A DNA stretch of 61,943 nt, counting the filler, from Basidioascus undulatus (lineage: Eukaryota), in assembly GCA_000826855.1 (NCBI GenBank). It is 8 parts of 8 records of this genome, joined end to end, with 100 filler letters (N's around TTAATTAATTAA, not from the genome) between each part and the next. Parts side by side here need not be neighbours in the genome. Positions count along the whole stretch, not along the records: positions 1 to 5,069 come from JTLS01002013.1; positions 5,170 to 10,234 come from JTLS01002014.1; positions 10,335 to 15,392 come from JTLS01002015.1; 5 more parts are not named here. One strand, 5' to 3'. The notes below the pieces were generated by a model that saw only the letters and a program-made list of their open reading frames with translations, made no database searches and was not told where the DNA came from. Below, piece after piece: positions 1-13,894 of this stretch. Made by a program: the position numbers and the translations under genes. Each line of letters begins with the position of its first letter. Within the stretch, counting starts at the first letter, position 1.

Positions 1-1652
1 GATCCTTGACGTCAGGCACATTTGCTCGTGGGCACGTACGGGATGTCCGCAATGGAGATGTCAATGGACGGCAGGAAGTCGCGCTTCTCGGCCTGGAGGA
101 ACGCGAGCATCTTGGCGCGCAGGTGCTCGATCTGCTCGAACGTCGTGCCATAGCTGACGTCGAACTCGAATGTCTCGGCGATCGGACCTGTGCGGAAGGC
201 GACGTAACATCTGAGTGATCAGTACCGCCCGAAGCAAGGTGCGATGTGTAAAGGACGGAAGACGTACCGCTGCGGCGAACGTTCTGAACGTACTTGGTGT
301 TGAGGATCGCGTGCGGAGCCTGGACGATCATCCCGTCGGTGCGGCGGAAGACTGGAGCCCAGCGCAGGGTCAAAAGATCAAGATAATGAAGCGAATGGAA
401 GTTCCGACCTCGCTGATGAGGGACGCACCAGTCGAGAGCAAGTTGATCTCCTTGACGACGAACTGGTCCGTGTCGATGTTGACGCGGTCCGAGACGTCGT
501 ACGGATGCTTTATAAAAAGGAAGATAATGGACGCGAGAATCTCTTGCGCCGTCGTGCCGATGAGCCCTTTCCCCGGAGGAGAGGTAAGAATATGAAATAT
601 TGACAGAAATGAGAAATGAAACACCGCGCACAGCTCAGGCCGAGGATGAACGTGCCGAAACTGGTGATCAAAGTCGAGAATTTTACGTCCAGCATAGCGA
701 CTGTAAACGCACGGGACAAAGTCAGCTCTGTGTCGATGAAATGTGGCCAGATGGTAAAGAGACAACTCACCGATGATCAGAATCGCGATGAGAAAGTAGA
801 CGCTCATGAAGCTGCGCGGGAAGAGCTCGTCAGCCACAAGACCTCGCCCATTTGCAGTCCTCCCGGACGGACATGTTGTCGAGCTTCCCCGCAGCACTGT
901 CAAGGTCGCGCATGCTCGCGGTCAAGCTTAGGCGCTCGCGGTGGATCTCCCTGTGCAAGTCCCAAGTCAGCCCCACCACGCTCCCCAACCAAAATCGCGC
1001 TGACTCCTGCAACGCACATGCACGCCATCTCCAGCTCGTCGCGGCTGACGTCGCCGTTCGTGTCGCGGTCGAACACCGCGAACGCCTGCTCGGCGGTCTC
1101 CAGGCTGGGGTAGAACTTGGCGATGTCGTCGAGGATGAGGGCGTCGCGGTGCGGGGGGCAGAACGAGTAGAAGATGCGGCGCGCGAGCTGATTATATCCG
1201 AGCGTCATGTTAATAAGATTGAAGGTTGGCAGTGAGCGGGGGAGGGGAAGGGACACGGACCTGGCGAGTCTTGTTCGGCGAGGAGAGCGCGTTGGTGACC
1301 ATAGACTGCGGGCTGTTGGGCTGGAGGACCGAGCTGCCGGCGATCTCACTCGCGACGTTTCCGAGGGCCTTCATACATCCCTTGAATGTCAGCCTCGTTC
1401 ACACCCTTGGGCTCCAGGAAGGGATTACGCGCAGTGGTAGCAGAAGCCGCGGCCTCCCGCGCCTCCCGCGCGGCGCGCTTGAGGAGCTTGGCGGGGTTGA
1501 TGCCGCTTTTCTTCTGCTTCGCACCGAAGCCGTCGAGCGTGTCGCTCCGGCCGAGGTCGTGCGAACGCGCGTAGAGCGCGACGAGCGCCTTCACCTGGAA
1601 CTTCTGCTCCGCGATCCGGTCCGCGTACGATGTCTGGTGGAACTTGTATGCG
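1..1652 (-). CDS. Fungal MscS-family mechanosensitive channel with EF-hand (Msy1/Msy2-like); internal/C-terminal fragment, multi-exon
   Basis: Spliced peptides AYKFHQTSYADRIAEQK, LARRIFYSF, EF-hand AFAVFDRDTNGDVSRDELEMAC, EIHRERLSLTASMRDLDSAAGKLD, TAQEILASIIFLFIKHPYDVSDRV, VVKEINLLST and APHAILNTKYVQNVRRS. The N-terminal part is absent (see junction finding) and the 3' end is cut by the window edge. Confidence 0.85.
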
Positions 1653-1689
1653 CTGCCAGGGTTGATCCAGGGAGCATTAGCGCGGTAAG

Positions 1690-1790
1690 TAGAGAAGAGA
1701 GAGAAGAGAGAAGAGAGGAGAGAGGGAGAGAGGGAGAGAGGAGGAGAGGGGAGGAGAGGGGAGGAGAGGGGAGGAGAGGGGAGGAGGGGG
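1690..1790. repeat. GA/CT-rich microsatellite-like tract (GAGGAGAGGG units) inside an intron
   Basis: About 100 nt of almost only G and A on the + strand, read directly. Confidence 0.95.
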
Positions 1791-1798
1791 AAACGCAC

Positions 1799-3393
1799 CG
1801 TTGGCACCCCGAAGGATGATTGAGCTCGAGCTAACGGTCTTGGTGCCCTTGACGAGGATGAGTTCGTCGTCGGAGATGCGCTCCTGGACGACCTCCTCCG
1901 CGTGCCCAAGCAAGCTCGACTCAAAAGTCTCCTCGCCCTCGAGGTTCGCGAGGCTGCTCACGAGCGTCGCGCCCGTGGCCTTGGCGATGCGCCGGAGGTC
2001 CTCCTTCCGGCACCGGCGCACCGCCATCGCGCCCGCCTCGACAAACTCCTTCAGGCACAGGTCGTCGATCCCCTTCGTCGTCAGGATCACGTTCGCGCCC
2101 GACCCAAGGATCTTGCGCACGCGCTCGAGCGTGATCTCGGATTCCCTACAACATAGCGAGCGAACGGAGTCAGCGGGCGGCGATAAGAGGCACAAGGGAT
2201 GGGGACCCACCGTCGCCGGATCTCTTCGAGCTGGTTCGGGTCGTCGATAGTGATGTGCACGCCGAGGTGCATGCGCTGCTTCTGGAGGTTGATGTCCAGG
2301 CACGCGATCTTGGCATTCGTGATGCGGGTCTTCATGGCTGTCATCTCATTTCTTCCACTCAGCATCCAAACTCGGAACACGCTGTGTGGGTGGAAAGGAA
2401 GACGCACCTTGGCTGGCGACGGTGCAGTTCAACGCGTAGCCCTTGACAAACATGCTCTCGCGCGCGCTCTTGCCGTGCGCCTTGAGGATGTTGACCGCCT
2501 TGACGGGGTACTTGGTCTCGCCGCGCGGGTTGACCGTCTTGACCGCGAGCATCGCGTCCACGGCCATGTTGGCGAAGAAGTCGTCGTCGCTATCCCCCCC
2601 ACCCCCTTCACGCCTCAGCACCCTTTCTTCCCACTCCCATCTAGCTGCTCGACGCACCTCCCGATGATCTTGCTCGACATGCTCGTCTTAGCGACGTTGA
2701 CGAGGCTCTCCTTGCCGAGCGTGTCCACCTTGGTCGCGAGCTGGTCCTGCATGTACTTGCATGCCTCCTTGCACGCGAGCCGGTAGCCGGTGATGATCGT
2801 CGTCGGGTGGATCTTGTTCTTGACAAGGTCGTTTGCGCGCCGGAGCAGTTCGGACGCAATGATCACGACGGACGTCGTCCCGTCGCCGACCTCCTTGTCC
2901 TGCTGCTGCGCGAGCTCGACGAGGATCCGCCCCGCCGGGTGCTCGACGTCAATCAGCTTCAGGATCGTCGCGCCGTCGTTGGAGATGGTGACGTCCTGAA
3001 GGGAATAACCTGTCAGGGGAGATTCATGAGGTGTTGAGAAAGGTAGTCTCCGCACGCCGATGTTGTCGACGAGCATCTTGTCCAGACCTGGAATGCTCCT
3101 CTCGGGTCAGTGGAAAGTGCTAGGCGTCGGCAGCTGGGCGCGTGAGCGCACCGACGGGTCCCAGCGAGGTCTTGACGATGTTGGCGATGGACTGAGCAGC
3201 GAGGACTGTATTCGTGGGAGGTAAGCGAAGTCAGTCCCATTTTCCCAGCCCCTCCAGACCTCATTGCCAGCCTGCCGACACCCGGAGCGAAGAGAGAAGA
3301 CGACTTACCGTTCTGATTCCGAATCTCAGCGCCCGACACGCGCTCTCCGCCCAGCAAGTACGAACTCCTCGGGTCCGCGGCAAGGAAGCTCAT
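1799..3393 (-). CDS. TCP1: T-complex protein 1 subunit alpha (CCT-alpha chaperonin); C-terminal part missing
   Basis: [98 protein letters not shown]. It ends at SIILRGAN followed by a GT donor at 1798. Confidence 0.95.
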
Positions 3394-3675
3394 TATGGCC
3401 AATTAAGAATATGCGGATCGGACCGCAAGAAAGGAAAAGGGTACGGAATGGGTGGAGAGAAGGTAAGGCAAGGACGATGACCTTCCTCGAGCGACGACGC
3501 GCCCGCGCGCACTGAGAAGGATGTCCGGCGGTGGTCCGTTGCTCACCCTGCCAATTAGCCATCTCGCGCTCCTCGCCTGCTTGCCTCTCGCCGCCATCGC
3601 TATCGTCGCCGTCCGTCGTCTAGGCAGCGGCATCGACTCTTCTTTCCGCTCAATCGTCTTTTCTGTACACTCACA

Positions 3676-5069
3676 ATGTCCGCCGCGACATTCACCACCA
3701 ACCTCGCATCGTGCGCCACCTTCCCTCGGAGCGCGCCCCAATCCAACGCGCAGCTGACCTGCCTTCCCACCCTTCCCCTTTCCAGCGTTCTCCCGGCGCC
3801 GCGCAACGCGCCCACAGTCGAGGACGATGAGACGCCTTACATCCCCTCCGGCCCGAAGCAGGTCGCGCCCTCATACCCGCACCGCAAGGGCTGGCGCCCC
3901 TCCAAGCCCGAGGACTTCGGCGACGGCGGCGCCTACCCGGAGTGCCACATCGCGCAGTACCCGCTGGACATGGGCCGGAAGAAGGTGCGCTCCCGTTATC
4001 GGGTCACAATTTGGAGGATAGGACAGGGCTGATGATGAGATTGGTGGTGCGGCACAGAACCGCGGCAAGACGCTCTCCCTCCAGGTCGACGGCGAGGGCA
4101 ACGTCCGCTACGACGCCATCGCACAGCAGGGCCACCGCAGCGGCGCGCTCGTCCAGTCCCAGTACAAGGACACGCTTCCGCTTGCGCGGCGGACGGACGT
4201 GAAGGACACGGCCATGGAGCGTCCGAGTGAGGACGATGTCCAGGCGACCGCGGACCGCACGCGCGCGGCGCTGGAGAAGATCGTTGGGACCAAGATCAAG
4301 GTACGCACTGAGTTCGTTGGTCATTATCCCAGAAGGACCGGGGGTTGATGGCTGTGTGGGATGGGCAACAGGCCGCGCAACCGAAGAATGTCGAGCAGAC
4401 GGGCGGACAAGTGTCGTACATCCGGTACACGCCGAGCCAGGGTAACGGCTCCGACCAGCGTATTATCAAGATGTCCGAGGTCGTCGAGGACCCGCTCGAG
4501 CCGCCGCGGTTCAAGCACAAGAAGGTGCCGCGCGGGCCGCCGTCGCCGCCGCCGCCCGTGCTCCGCTCGCCGCCGCGCAAGGCGACCGCCGTGGAGCAGA
4601 AGGAGTGGATGATCCCACCCTGCATCTCCAACTGGAAGAACAACAAGGGTTACACCATCCCGCTCGACAAGCGTCTCGCCGCCGACGGCCGAGGACTGCA
4701 GGACGTGCGTCGCCCTCCACCCTTCCCATTCTTCCCGTCCATGCAGCGTTTGCTCACGTGGCTCTCTCGTCTCGCAGGTGCACATCAACGATAACTTTGC
4801 CAAGTTCTCTGAGGCGCTGTTCATTGGCGAGCGGCACGCGCGCGAGGAGGTGCGGGAGCGCAACCTGATGCAGCAGCGTCTGGCGGAGAAGGAGAAAGCC
4901 GCGAAGGAGGAGACGCTGCGGCAGCTCGCCCAGCGCGCGCGCGAGGAGCGCGCCGGCATCGCCCCCTCCGCCTCTGCCGCTGCCGCCTCGTCCTCGCGCA
5001 CGGGCGCGATGCCCGCTGCACTGGCGGGTTACGGGTCCGAGAGCGAGGAGGAGAGCGAGGCGGCGGATG
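3676..5069 (+). CDS. PRP45: Pre-mRNA splicing factor Prp45/SNW1/SKIP; 3' partial
   Basis: EDFGDGGAYPECHIAQYPLDMG, DPLEPPRFKHKKVPRGPPSPPPPVLRSPPRK, SNW motif WMIPPCISNWKNNKGYTIPLDKRLAADGRGL and INDNFAKFSEAL. Confidence 0.95.
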
Positions 5070-5169
5070 NNNNNNNNNNNNNNNNNNNNNNNNNNNNNNN
5101 NNNNNNNNNNNNNTTAATTAATTAANNNNNNNNNNNNNNNNNNNNNNNNNNNNNNNNNNNNNNNNNNNN
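5070..5169. other. Artificial contig spacer
   Basis: 44 N + TTAATTAATTAA + 44 N. Confidence 0.99.
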
Positions 5170-7516
<2,347 letters not shown>

Positions 7517-7668
7517 GATGGGCTATCGGAATTGAAGCGACTGGATACGACGATCCGAGTAAAGTGAGATGGAGATGTAATCAATGAAACCCTTTTGTAG
7601 TTTTTTGATCAGTAATTGGTTTGTGAGAGAAACGAGCGTGGCGTGCGAGGAAGATGGGTGTAACGAGC

Positions 7669-7776
7669 TGACTCGAAGCAAGCCGGCGCGAGCTTCTCCC
7701 TTGCCCGGGCGAGTCATGCGCCGAAGCGCCAAACTTTTTCGGCCGACGTCACGGCTGCCTTTGGCTGCTTTGACTC
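7669..7776. promoter_or_regulatory. Cluster of three Gcn4/CpcA-type TGACTC motifs upstream of LEU4
   Basis: TGACTC at 7669-7674, GAGTCA at 7711-7716 and TGACTC at 7771-7776, lying 150-260 nt upstream of the LEU4 ATG. Confidence 0.55.
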
Positions 7777-8717
7777 GCCCCAAGGCCGTTTCTTGCCGCT
7801 GCCGCTGGACAGGCTCTTACTTTCTGCTTCAAGTGTGCGCAGTGGGTGTGTGAGAACGTGTTCACAGGATCTAGATTTATTGGGATTCAGGCGCGTTCTG
7901 GGCGGTAGAGGGGAGTGCGGTGCACAAATGCAGTGGCGGACCCAAAAAGAACGCCGCCTCTTCGAACTTCTAGGTGTATTCCGCTCGGCGTTGACTGTGA
8001 GCTCTGAAGAACGCGCTCATTGAGCTCGTTGACCGACTCGATGCGGAATGGAAGTTGCATGATTCGAAGGTTAGTAGGAGGAGCGGCCGGTATAAGATGA
8101 ATGCTGGAGACAACTGAGAGATGATGGTGGTAAGAGTCGAAGCGAAGGTTTCCGGTATCGAAAGACGGGCCGCACGCCGCGCCATGACAAACGAGCAGCG
8201 TGACTTCGCGGCAATCCATGAGAAGCGGAACCACCATATCACCACATTGCCGGGAGTATGGAGTACATGTGAATAATGCATGGATCTACTTCAAAATTTA
8301 CAGGCTTCACAAGAGGCACACACGCTCGTGAGTCGTCAAGCTGTAGTTGGTCGAAGGCTGATTGTGAATATTTTACCGCGGCCGGCACTTTTATAAAGAT
8401 GCTTGCTGTTTGGAAGGCTGTAGACGCAGAGAAACTCAGTTGAATGGCCTGAATCGTCAAATTACGTGAAATTTGCATGTACAAGACCTCTTCGCAGTGG
8501 GTGATTTCCATCGGTAGACCGCGTCTTCATCGACGTGATCCATCTCTTGCAATATTCGACCTGCCACAAGATCCGCAATGTGTGAAAGCAGCTGAAAGAC
8601 GTGGCAGCTGAACCAGCGAGATCCTGGCACGCACGTCTCGCAATCCGCATATCCCGACAGTGCCCAAGCGCATCCCTCTCATTTCATTTCATCTCATCTC
8701 ATGCCACCCCCTCTCCC

Positions 8718-9186
8718 TCACTCCTCGTCCTCCTCTTCCTCATCGTCCTCATCTACATGCACCTCCTCCTCTTCTCCATCCACCTCCTCCCACTCCCTCT
8801 CCTCCTCATCATCGTCCACCTCAATCCTCACCAGCCCTGACGCAAACACATAAACGACCGCGCTCACCAGCGCTCCGGCAATCCACAGCCAGCGGTAGCG
8901 CTCGAAGGACTGTTGCTCCTTCTTCTTCTCCTTCTCCTTCACCTCCTCCTTCTTCGGTGGGGAAGAGGAAGAGAGAAGGCAGAGCGGGAGCGTTAGCAAG
9001 TTCTCCAGAGGCGGAGGGAGGCTGGGCGGGAGGGCCTGAGAAAAGAGAAGGGCGGAGAGGCGCGCGTGGTGTGCTACTAGGGGGGCGTATGAAGCGCGGA
9101 GGAGGTTGGGTAGGAGGGCATTGGGGAGAGGGATGGAGAGCAGGGGGTGCAGGTGGGCGAAGAGGAGGAGGTCGAGGGTTGTGGGA
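8718..9186 (-). CDS. Metaxin/Sam37(Tom37)-like protein, C-terminal exon (GST-C-like region, TM anchor, acidic tail)
   Basis: [43 protein letters not shown] resembles the metaxin GST-C region. It is followed by [24 protein letters not shown] (TM) and a D/E-rich tail to the stop at 8718. Confidence 0.72.
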
Positions 9187-9240
9187 CTGTGAAGGGGAGG
9201 GGGAAGGAGGGGAACGGGGAGGAGAGAGCAAAGAACGAAC

Positions 9241-10234
9241 CGTGTCATATGCTTCGACGCCAACGCAATTGCATACTCCGCCACGACGGTTTTCCCCGCG
9301 GACGTGTGCGCCGCGACAAACACGCTGTCGCCCATCTCGAGGTGGTACACCGCCGTCTGCTGGAACGTGTCGAGCGTGAAGGGGTACTGTTGGGCATCAC
9401 CACGATCGCCATGCGTCAGCGGTGCACGCCCACTTTGAATGGGTTGGTGAGGGAAGCGCAATGGAAGGGAGAGGCAAAAAAAAGAAAGGGAGCGGGGAAA
9501 GTGGGAAGTAAAAGGGGAGAAGGGAAAAAAGGGAATCGGAAAATGGGGGAAACAGACCGTCTTAGCCATGTCCGGCACGAGCTCCTCAAAGTTCTCGAGC
9601 CGCTTGTTGACGTCGACGACGTGCGCCCACTCGCGCTTGGCGAGGTGTCGGGGCTTGCGGGCGCCGCGCGCGGTCGCGGTTGTCGTGGGGGCGACGGCGG
9701 GTCTCTGCGGTTTCCCATTCCGAGGTTCAGCATGCGGGAGACGATTGAGGGGAAGGGAGGGACGCACGGAGGTCGGGAGGAGGTCGTCGATCTGCGGGTC
9801 GACGGCTTTGGAGGAGACGGAGCCGCCGGTTGTCTGGCGAGGGCGTGAGGGGTGGTGGGTTAGGGGGGAGTAGGAGAGAGGGAAGGGGAGAGGTGGGGGC
9901 AAAGACGGACGGAGTGGGCGGTCGTGAACGCTGGAGCGCCGAGGGAGTGCGGGTGAGCGGAGGTCGAGGGGAGGGAGAGGGACGCGGTAGGGTCGTCTGT
10001 GTCACGCTGTGTAAGCACCAGCTGGAAGGTATATGGAGCATGAGAGCGACGCACCTTCCGAATCTCCGAAGTCCAGACCTCTCTCAAACCCAGGCGGGAC
10101 AGTCCTCAACCCGCCTACCGCACCCGTACATCAGCTCGCCTCCCTTCCCTGTTCCCTCCACTCAACTCACCTCGTCCCAGATCCACCGCCTCCCCGTCCT
10201 CCCCTTCCTCCCCAATCCCCTCCCCCCCAATCCC
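9241..10234 (-). CDS. SKI2: Ski2 DExH RNA helicase, internal N-terminal fragment
   Basis: [39 protein letters not shown] and [49 protein letters not shown] (Walker A). The rest of the helicase is absent. Confidence 0.92.
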
Positions 10235-10334
10235 NNNNNNNNNNNNNNNNNNNNNNNNNNNNNNNNNNNNNNNNNNNNTTAATTAATTAANNNNNNNNNN
10301 NNNNNNNNNNNNNNNNNNNNNNNNNNNNNNNNNN
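10235..10334. other. Artificial contig spacer
   Basis: 44 N + TTAATTAATTAA + 44 N. Confidence 0.99.
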
Positions 10335-10363
10335 CATTATTTTCATCAACCAACAAAGCAGCC

Positions 10364-11115
10364 ATGTTCCTCCGTTCCGCTCGTCTCCTCACCACCACCA
10401 GCCGTGCCCTGCACACCTCCGCCGTGCGCCGCGAGATCTTCGAGAATGCCGACGCTGTGACGTTTGCGCGCGTTGCGAAGGGCAGCGGGGACAAGGTCGT
10501 GCTTGTTGACTGGTACGCTGACTGGGTGAGTCGGGACTGTCGGGAAGGGTGAGAGGCGCTTGCTGAGCTTGATGGGGGACGATGGTACAGTGCCCGCCAT
10601 GCAAGGCCTTGACGCCCCAGCTCGAGAAGGTCGCCAAGGGCCCGGATAGCGAGGTGGACCTTGTCAAGTACGTCCCTTTCCCCCTCTCACCCAACTATTC
10701 GTGGGGTGCTGATAGCTTTTGCGCTGCAGGATCAACACCGACGAGCAGCTCGACCTCGCGCGCGAATGGAAGGTGAGCTGCTGCCTCCTTCCTCCTGCTC
10801 CGGCACCTGCACCCCCCGAGCCGCACGCTTGATGATTTACAATCACATCACGTTCTCCTATTACATGAGAGCCCCCATGAGCTCACTGAACACCTCCATT
10901 GTTCTATCTCTGACCCCTGCGCTCGCACACCCACCTTCGTACCCTCTCCACGAAGAACGGTGGGCTGACTGTGTGGATGGGACGAACAGATTACGGCGCT
11001 GCCAACCGTGCACGCGTTCAAGAAGGGCAAGCCTGTTGGGCAGTTCACGGGCGCGGTCCCCCCGCCCCAGCTGAGGCAGTTTATTGATGCGGCGGGGGAG
11101 GCGACGGTTGAGTAG
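10364..11115 (+). CDS. Thioredoxin, probably mitochondrial, WCPPC active site
   Basis: Four exons: MFLRSARLLTTTSRALHTSAVRR (presequence-like)...VVLVDWYADW|CPPCKALTPQLEK...|INTDEQLDLAREWK|ITALPTVHAFKKGKPVGQFTGA, with TAG at 11113-11115. Confidence 0.9.
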
Positions 11116-13894
11116 GGGGGTTGACATGTTGGGTCAGCTCGGTGATGGATGAGGAGAGGAATAGGAATGGGAGTGGATTGAAGGATGGGGGAGAAGGCGA
11201 GAAAACGACAGGGTTCGTGTGATACATGATGCACGGTTGCTGCTCGCCGTGCTTGCACTTCGTATAGCTTGCTTGGGTGCCTTGAAGGCGCACATCGCGC
11301 ATCCATGCCCGCTGCCTGATACCGAATGCTCCCACTCTTGAAAATCTTCAGTCTGATCGACAAACGGTAGACGGCGCAGGCACGCAGGCGCAGCGATGAC
11401 CAAACCCCTTGGCCCCCTTTGCCCAAAGTTCACTTCCGCCCCTCCTCCCTCCCCAGACTGCTTCCGCGTCTACTCTTCTTCTCTCCTCCAGAGCAAACCT
11501 CGCATTATCCTCCCACCACGTACCCCACATGTGAGTAAATTTGGGTCGATTAAGAGTAATGGGCGCATCAATGAGGAGCAACATCCCATTTCTTCACTTT
11601 GGTACGACACCCGACACCCGAGGGTGAATGTGTACGCCTGTGTGGCTGCAGCTTTCTGAGCTTGGCCCACAATACTTTCCCTGTCACCTTATGAAACGTC
11701 ACAAGGAGAGCTGATATGCGGGATGCTGGGGTCGAGTCAGGATCGCAGTCGCGGGGAGGGTGCCAGGCGCCCTTCATATAGGCTGGTATGTCCCCTTCAC
11801 ACATTCCGATCTGTAAATCGACTTACAGGCCGGGTGAAGCCCTCAGCTGGCAGATATTTGGATCACGCGCTAAGGGTCAGGTCCCAGGTGCGTCTTCTCC
11901 CCACTCCGCGAAACCCGCTTTCGGATGCCAGTTCGATTACACAATCCCCTCTGCCTGTCGGGCGGGGCGCATGCAGTACACTTACACCTCTTTCACGAGG
12001 CTGACCCAATCCTCTACTACCAACTCCCACTCCAACTTCAATGGCATTTACTGACCTCCTCTCTTCCCCTTGTGCGGCACAAGGCAGCGCAGTCCGGGCC
12101 TGTGAGTGAGTCTGCAGCAGTGAGTGGGACGCTGGACGCGCCTGGAATGATCGAGCTGCTTTTCATTCCGAAATACCGCCCGAAGGGAGGTGCAGGAGGA
12201 ACACTTGAAGAGGTTGACACTAGAATTACCCTGACTCGTTAGCGTCCGCGTCCTAGCAGCCGGCTCATCGAACCCTCGAGCATTTCGCTGAGGGAGTCCA
12301 GCCGTGTTTCCAGGCCTAGTTTACCCTCCGTCCCGAGGTCAAGGGCCTGCTTCTTCACTGGGTCTCGAGCATTCTAGAGCAAATCGTACGCCAGATATTT
12401 ACAAAACCTGTGAGCCTTTCTCATCTTATCCTAGACTTTGGGAAGCGGAGCCCGCTGGATTATGGAGAAAAATAAAAAGCTTAACCGATGAGCGGGTCTA
12501 CCCTACCTCCCGCGGAGGAGGCGGCGGCCGCATCGTGATATTCGCTTCTACTTGTTATGAGGGAGCTATCAAGGCTGTCGCGGTTTCGTTGAGGTCGAGA
12601 AATACTATGAGCGAGGCTGACAGGACGCTGCTCCGGGGTCTTCAGGCCAGTAAAAAGCTTCTATACAGGGCAACAGGCAAGTTCGAGAGGCAGGTGTGTT
12701 CGCGGCTTGTTGCGGAGGTAGCGCGACTTACCCGTCGTGGTGGGGGGACAGCGTGTACCATCGCTTATCCTGGGAGAAGGTCTCGATGAACTATCCCGCC
12801 GCGTGCACTCGAGAAGTAGGCAGTGGGGGTTTTACAGCTGGTCGACTTCCAGATCCAGCGTCGGTACACAACCAAACGAGTCGTGGGCATTACGTGTTTT
12901 GGCTCCGTTCGGCCTGCTGAGTCTCTCATGGTGATGGGTGGGTCTAGGGTAAGTCCTTTCAGCATTGTCGTTGTCGCTACGGTCTTGTTTCCAGGACGAT
13001 TTTGGATCTATTACTCGACACACTGCCGCTCGGCCCTTTGGGGTAGAGCGAAGAATGGGACACTTCATATTCAACTGAAACACAAAAGCAATCTTCCAGA
13101 TCTGGAAAATGCAGCCGCTGATATGGTTTGGATATCGTGCTGCGCAGGTGCCAGTCGCAAACCTATGAACTGTTGTGGCACAGAATCCCTCCTGTTTCGC
13201 AAAGAAGATGGACTGGGTGGTGCTACCGACAAACTGATCTTTACATTTTCGTGCCTTGTTGGACGGAAACAGCTGAGGATGGCGTGGCTGTCGTTCTGGT
13301 TCGGTTATCGCATCGTTTCAACTGCACATGTGAGGAAGACGGCATGGCAGCCATCTTGATCTGCTGTGGGGCTGTTTTAGCTGCTTTAAAAGAAAGGAGA
13401 ACTAGACAGAGGCCTACCTTTCACCTTGACTTCAGCAGTCAACGTTCACCTCATGGTCTTCGAAGTTTGAAGCCCGTAGCCACCTCCCCTCCGTCCTTGC
13501 GTTTTGTGGCAGCTCACATGTCTCTATCAACTCATGCCTTTACCTCCAGGTCGTTTCACGACCGAGCGGGGCGACGCGGGCAAGACCAAGAAATGGCCGC
13601 AGCTTCGTGTGGATCTGGGACGGGCTCGGCTGCGCTGGGCCACTCTACGCTGATCGAATCCTCCACTCTCTGTGCTTGCATCAGCGTCTGATACTGTACT
13701 TTCTCAAGAGAATGGAAAGCTGAGATTGGCAATCTGGGGAGACCAGCCTTGATAAAAAGAAGTGTCACGTGCACAGCTGCTCGAGGTTTGGACGCGTCCT
13801 GAGGGCGCGTCTCTTCCTTGTCCACGTCCTCCCACTCTCGAATAGGCCTTTGGACGCTCCCGGCGTACAGCATACGGCGCTGAAAGTCAACAGC

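Noticed and set aside
7850..8650. Short ORFs between LEU4 and the metaxin exon
   Set aside because: No consistent exon chain or recognisable domain could be built.
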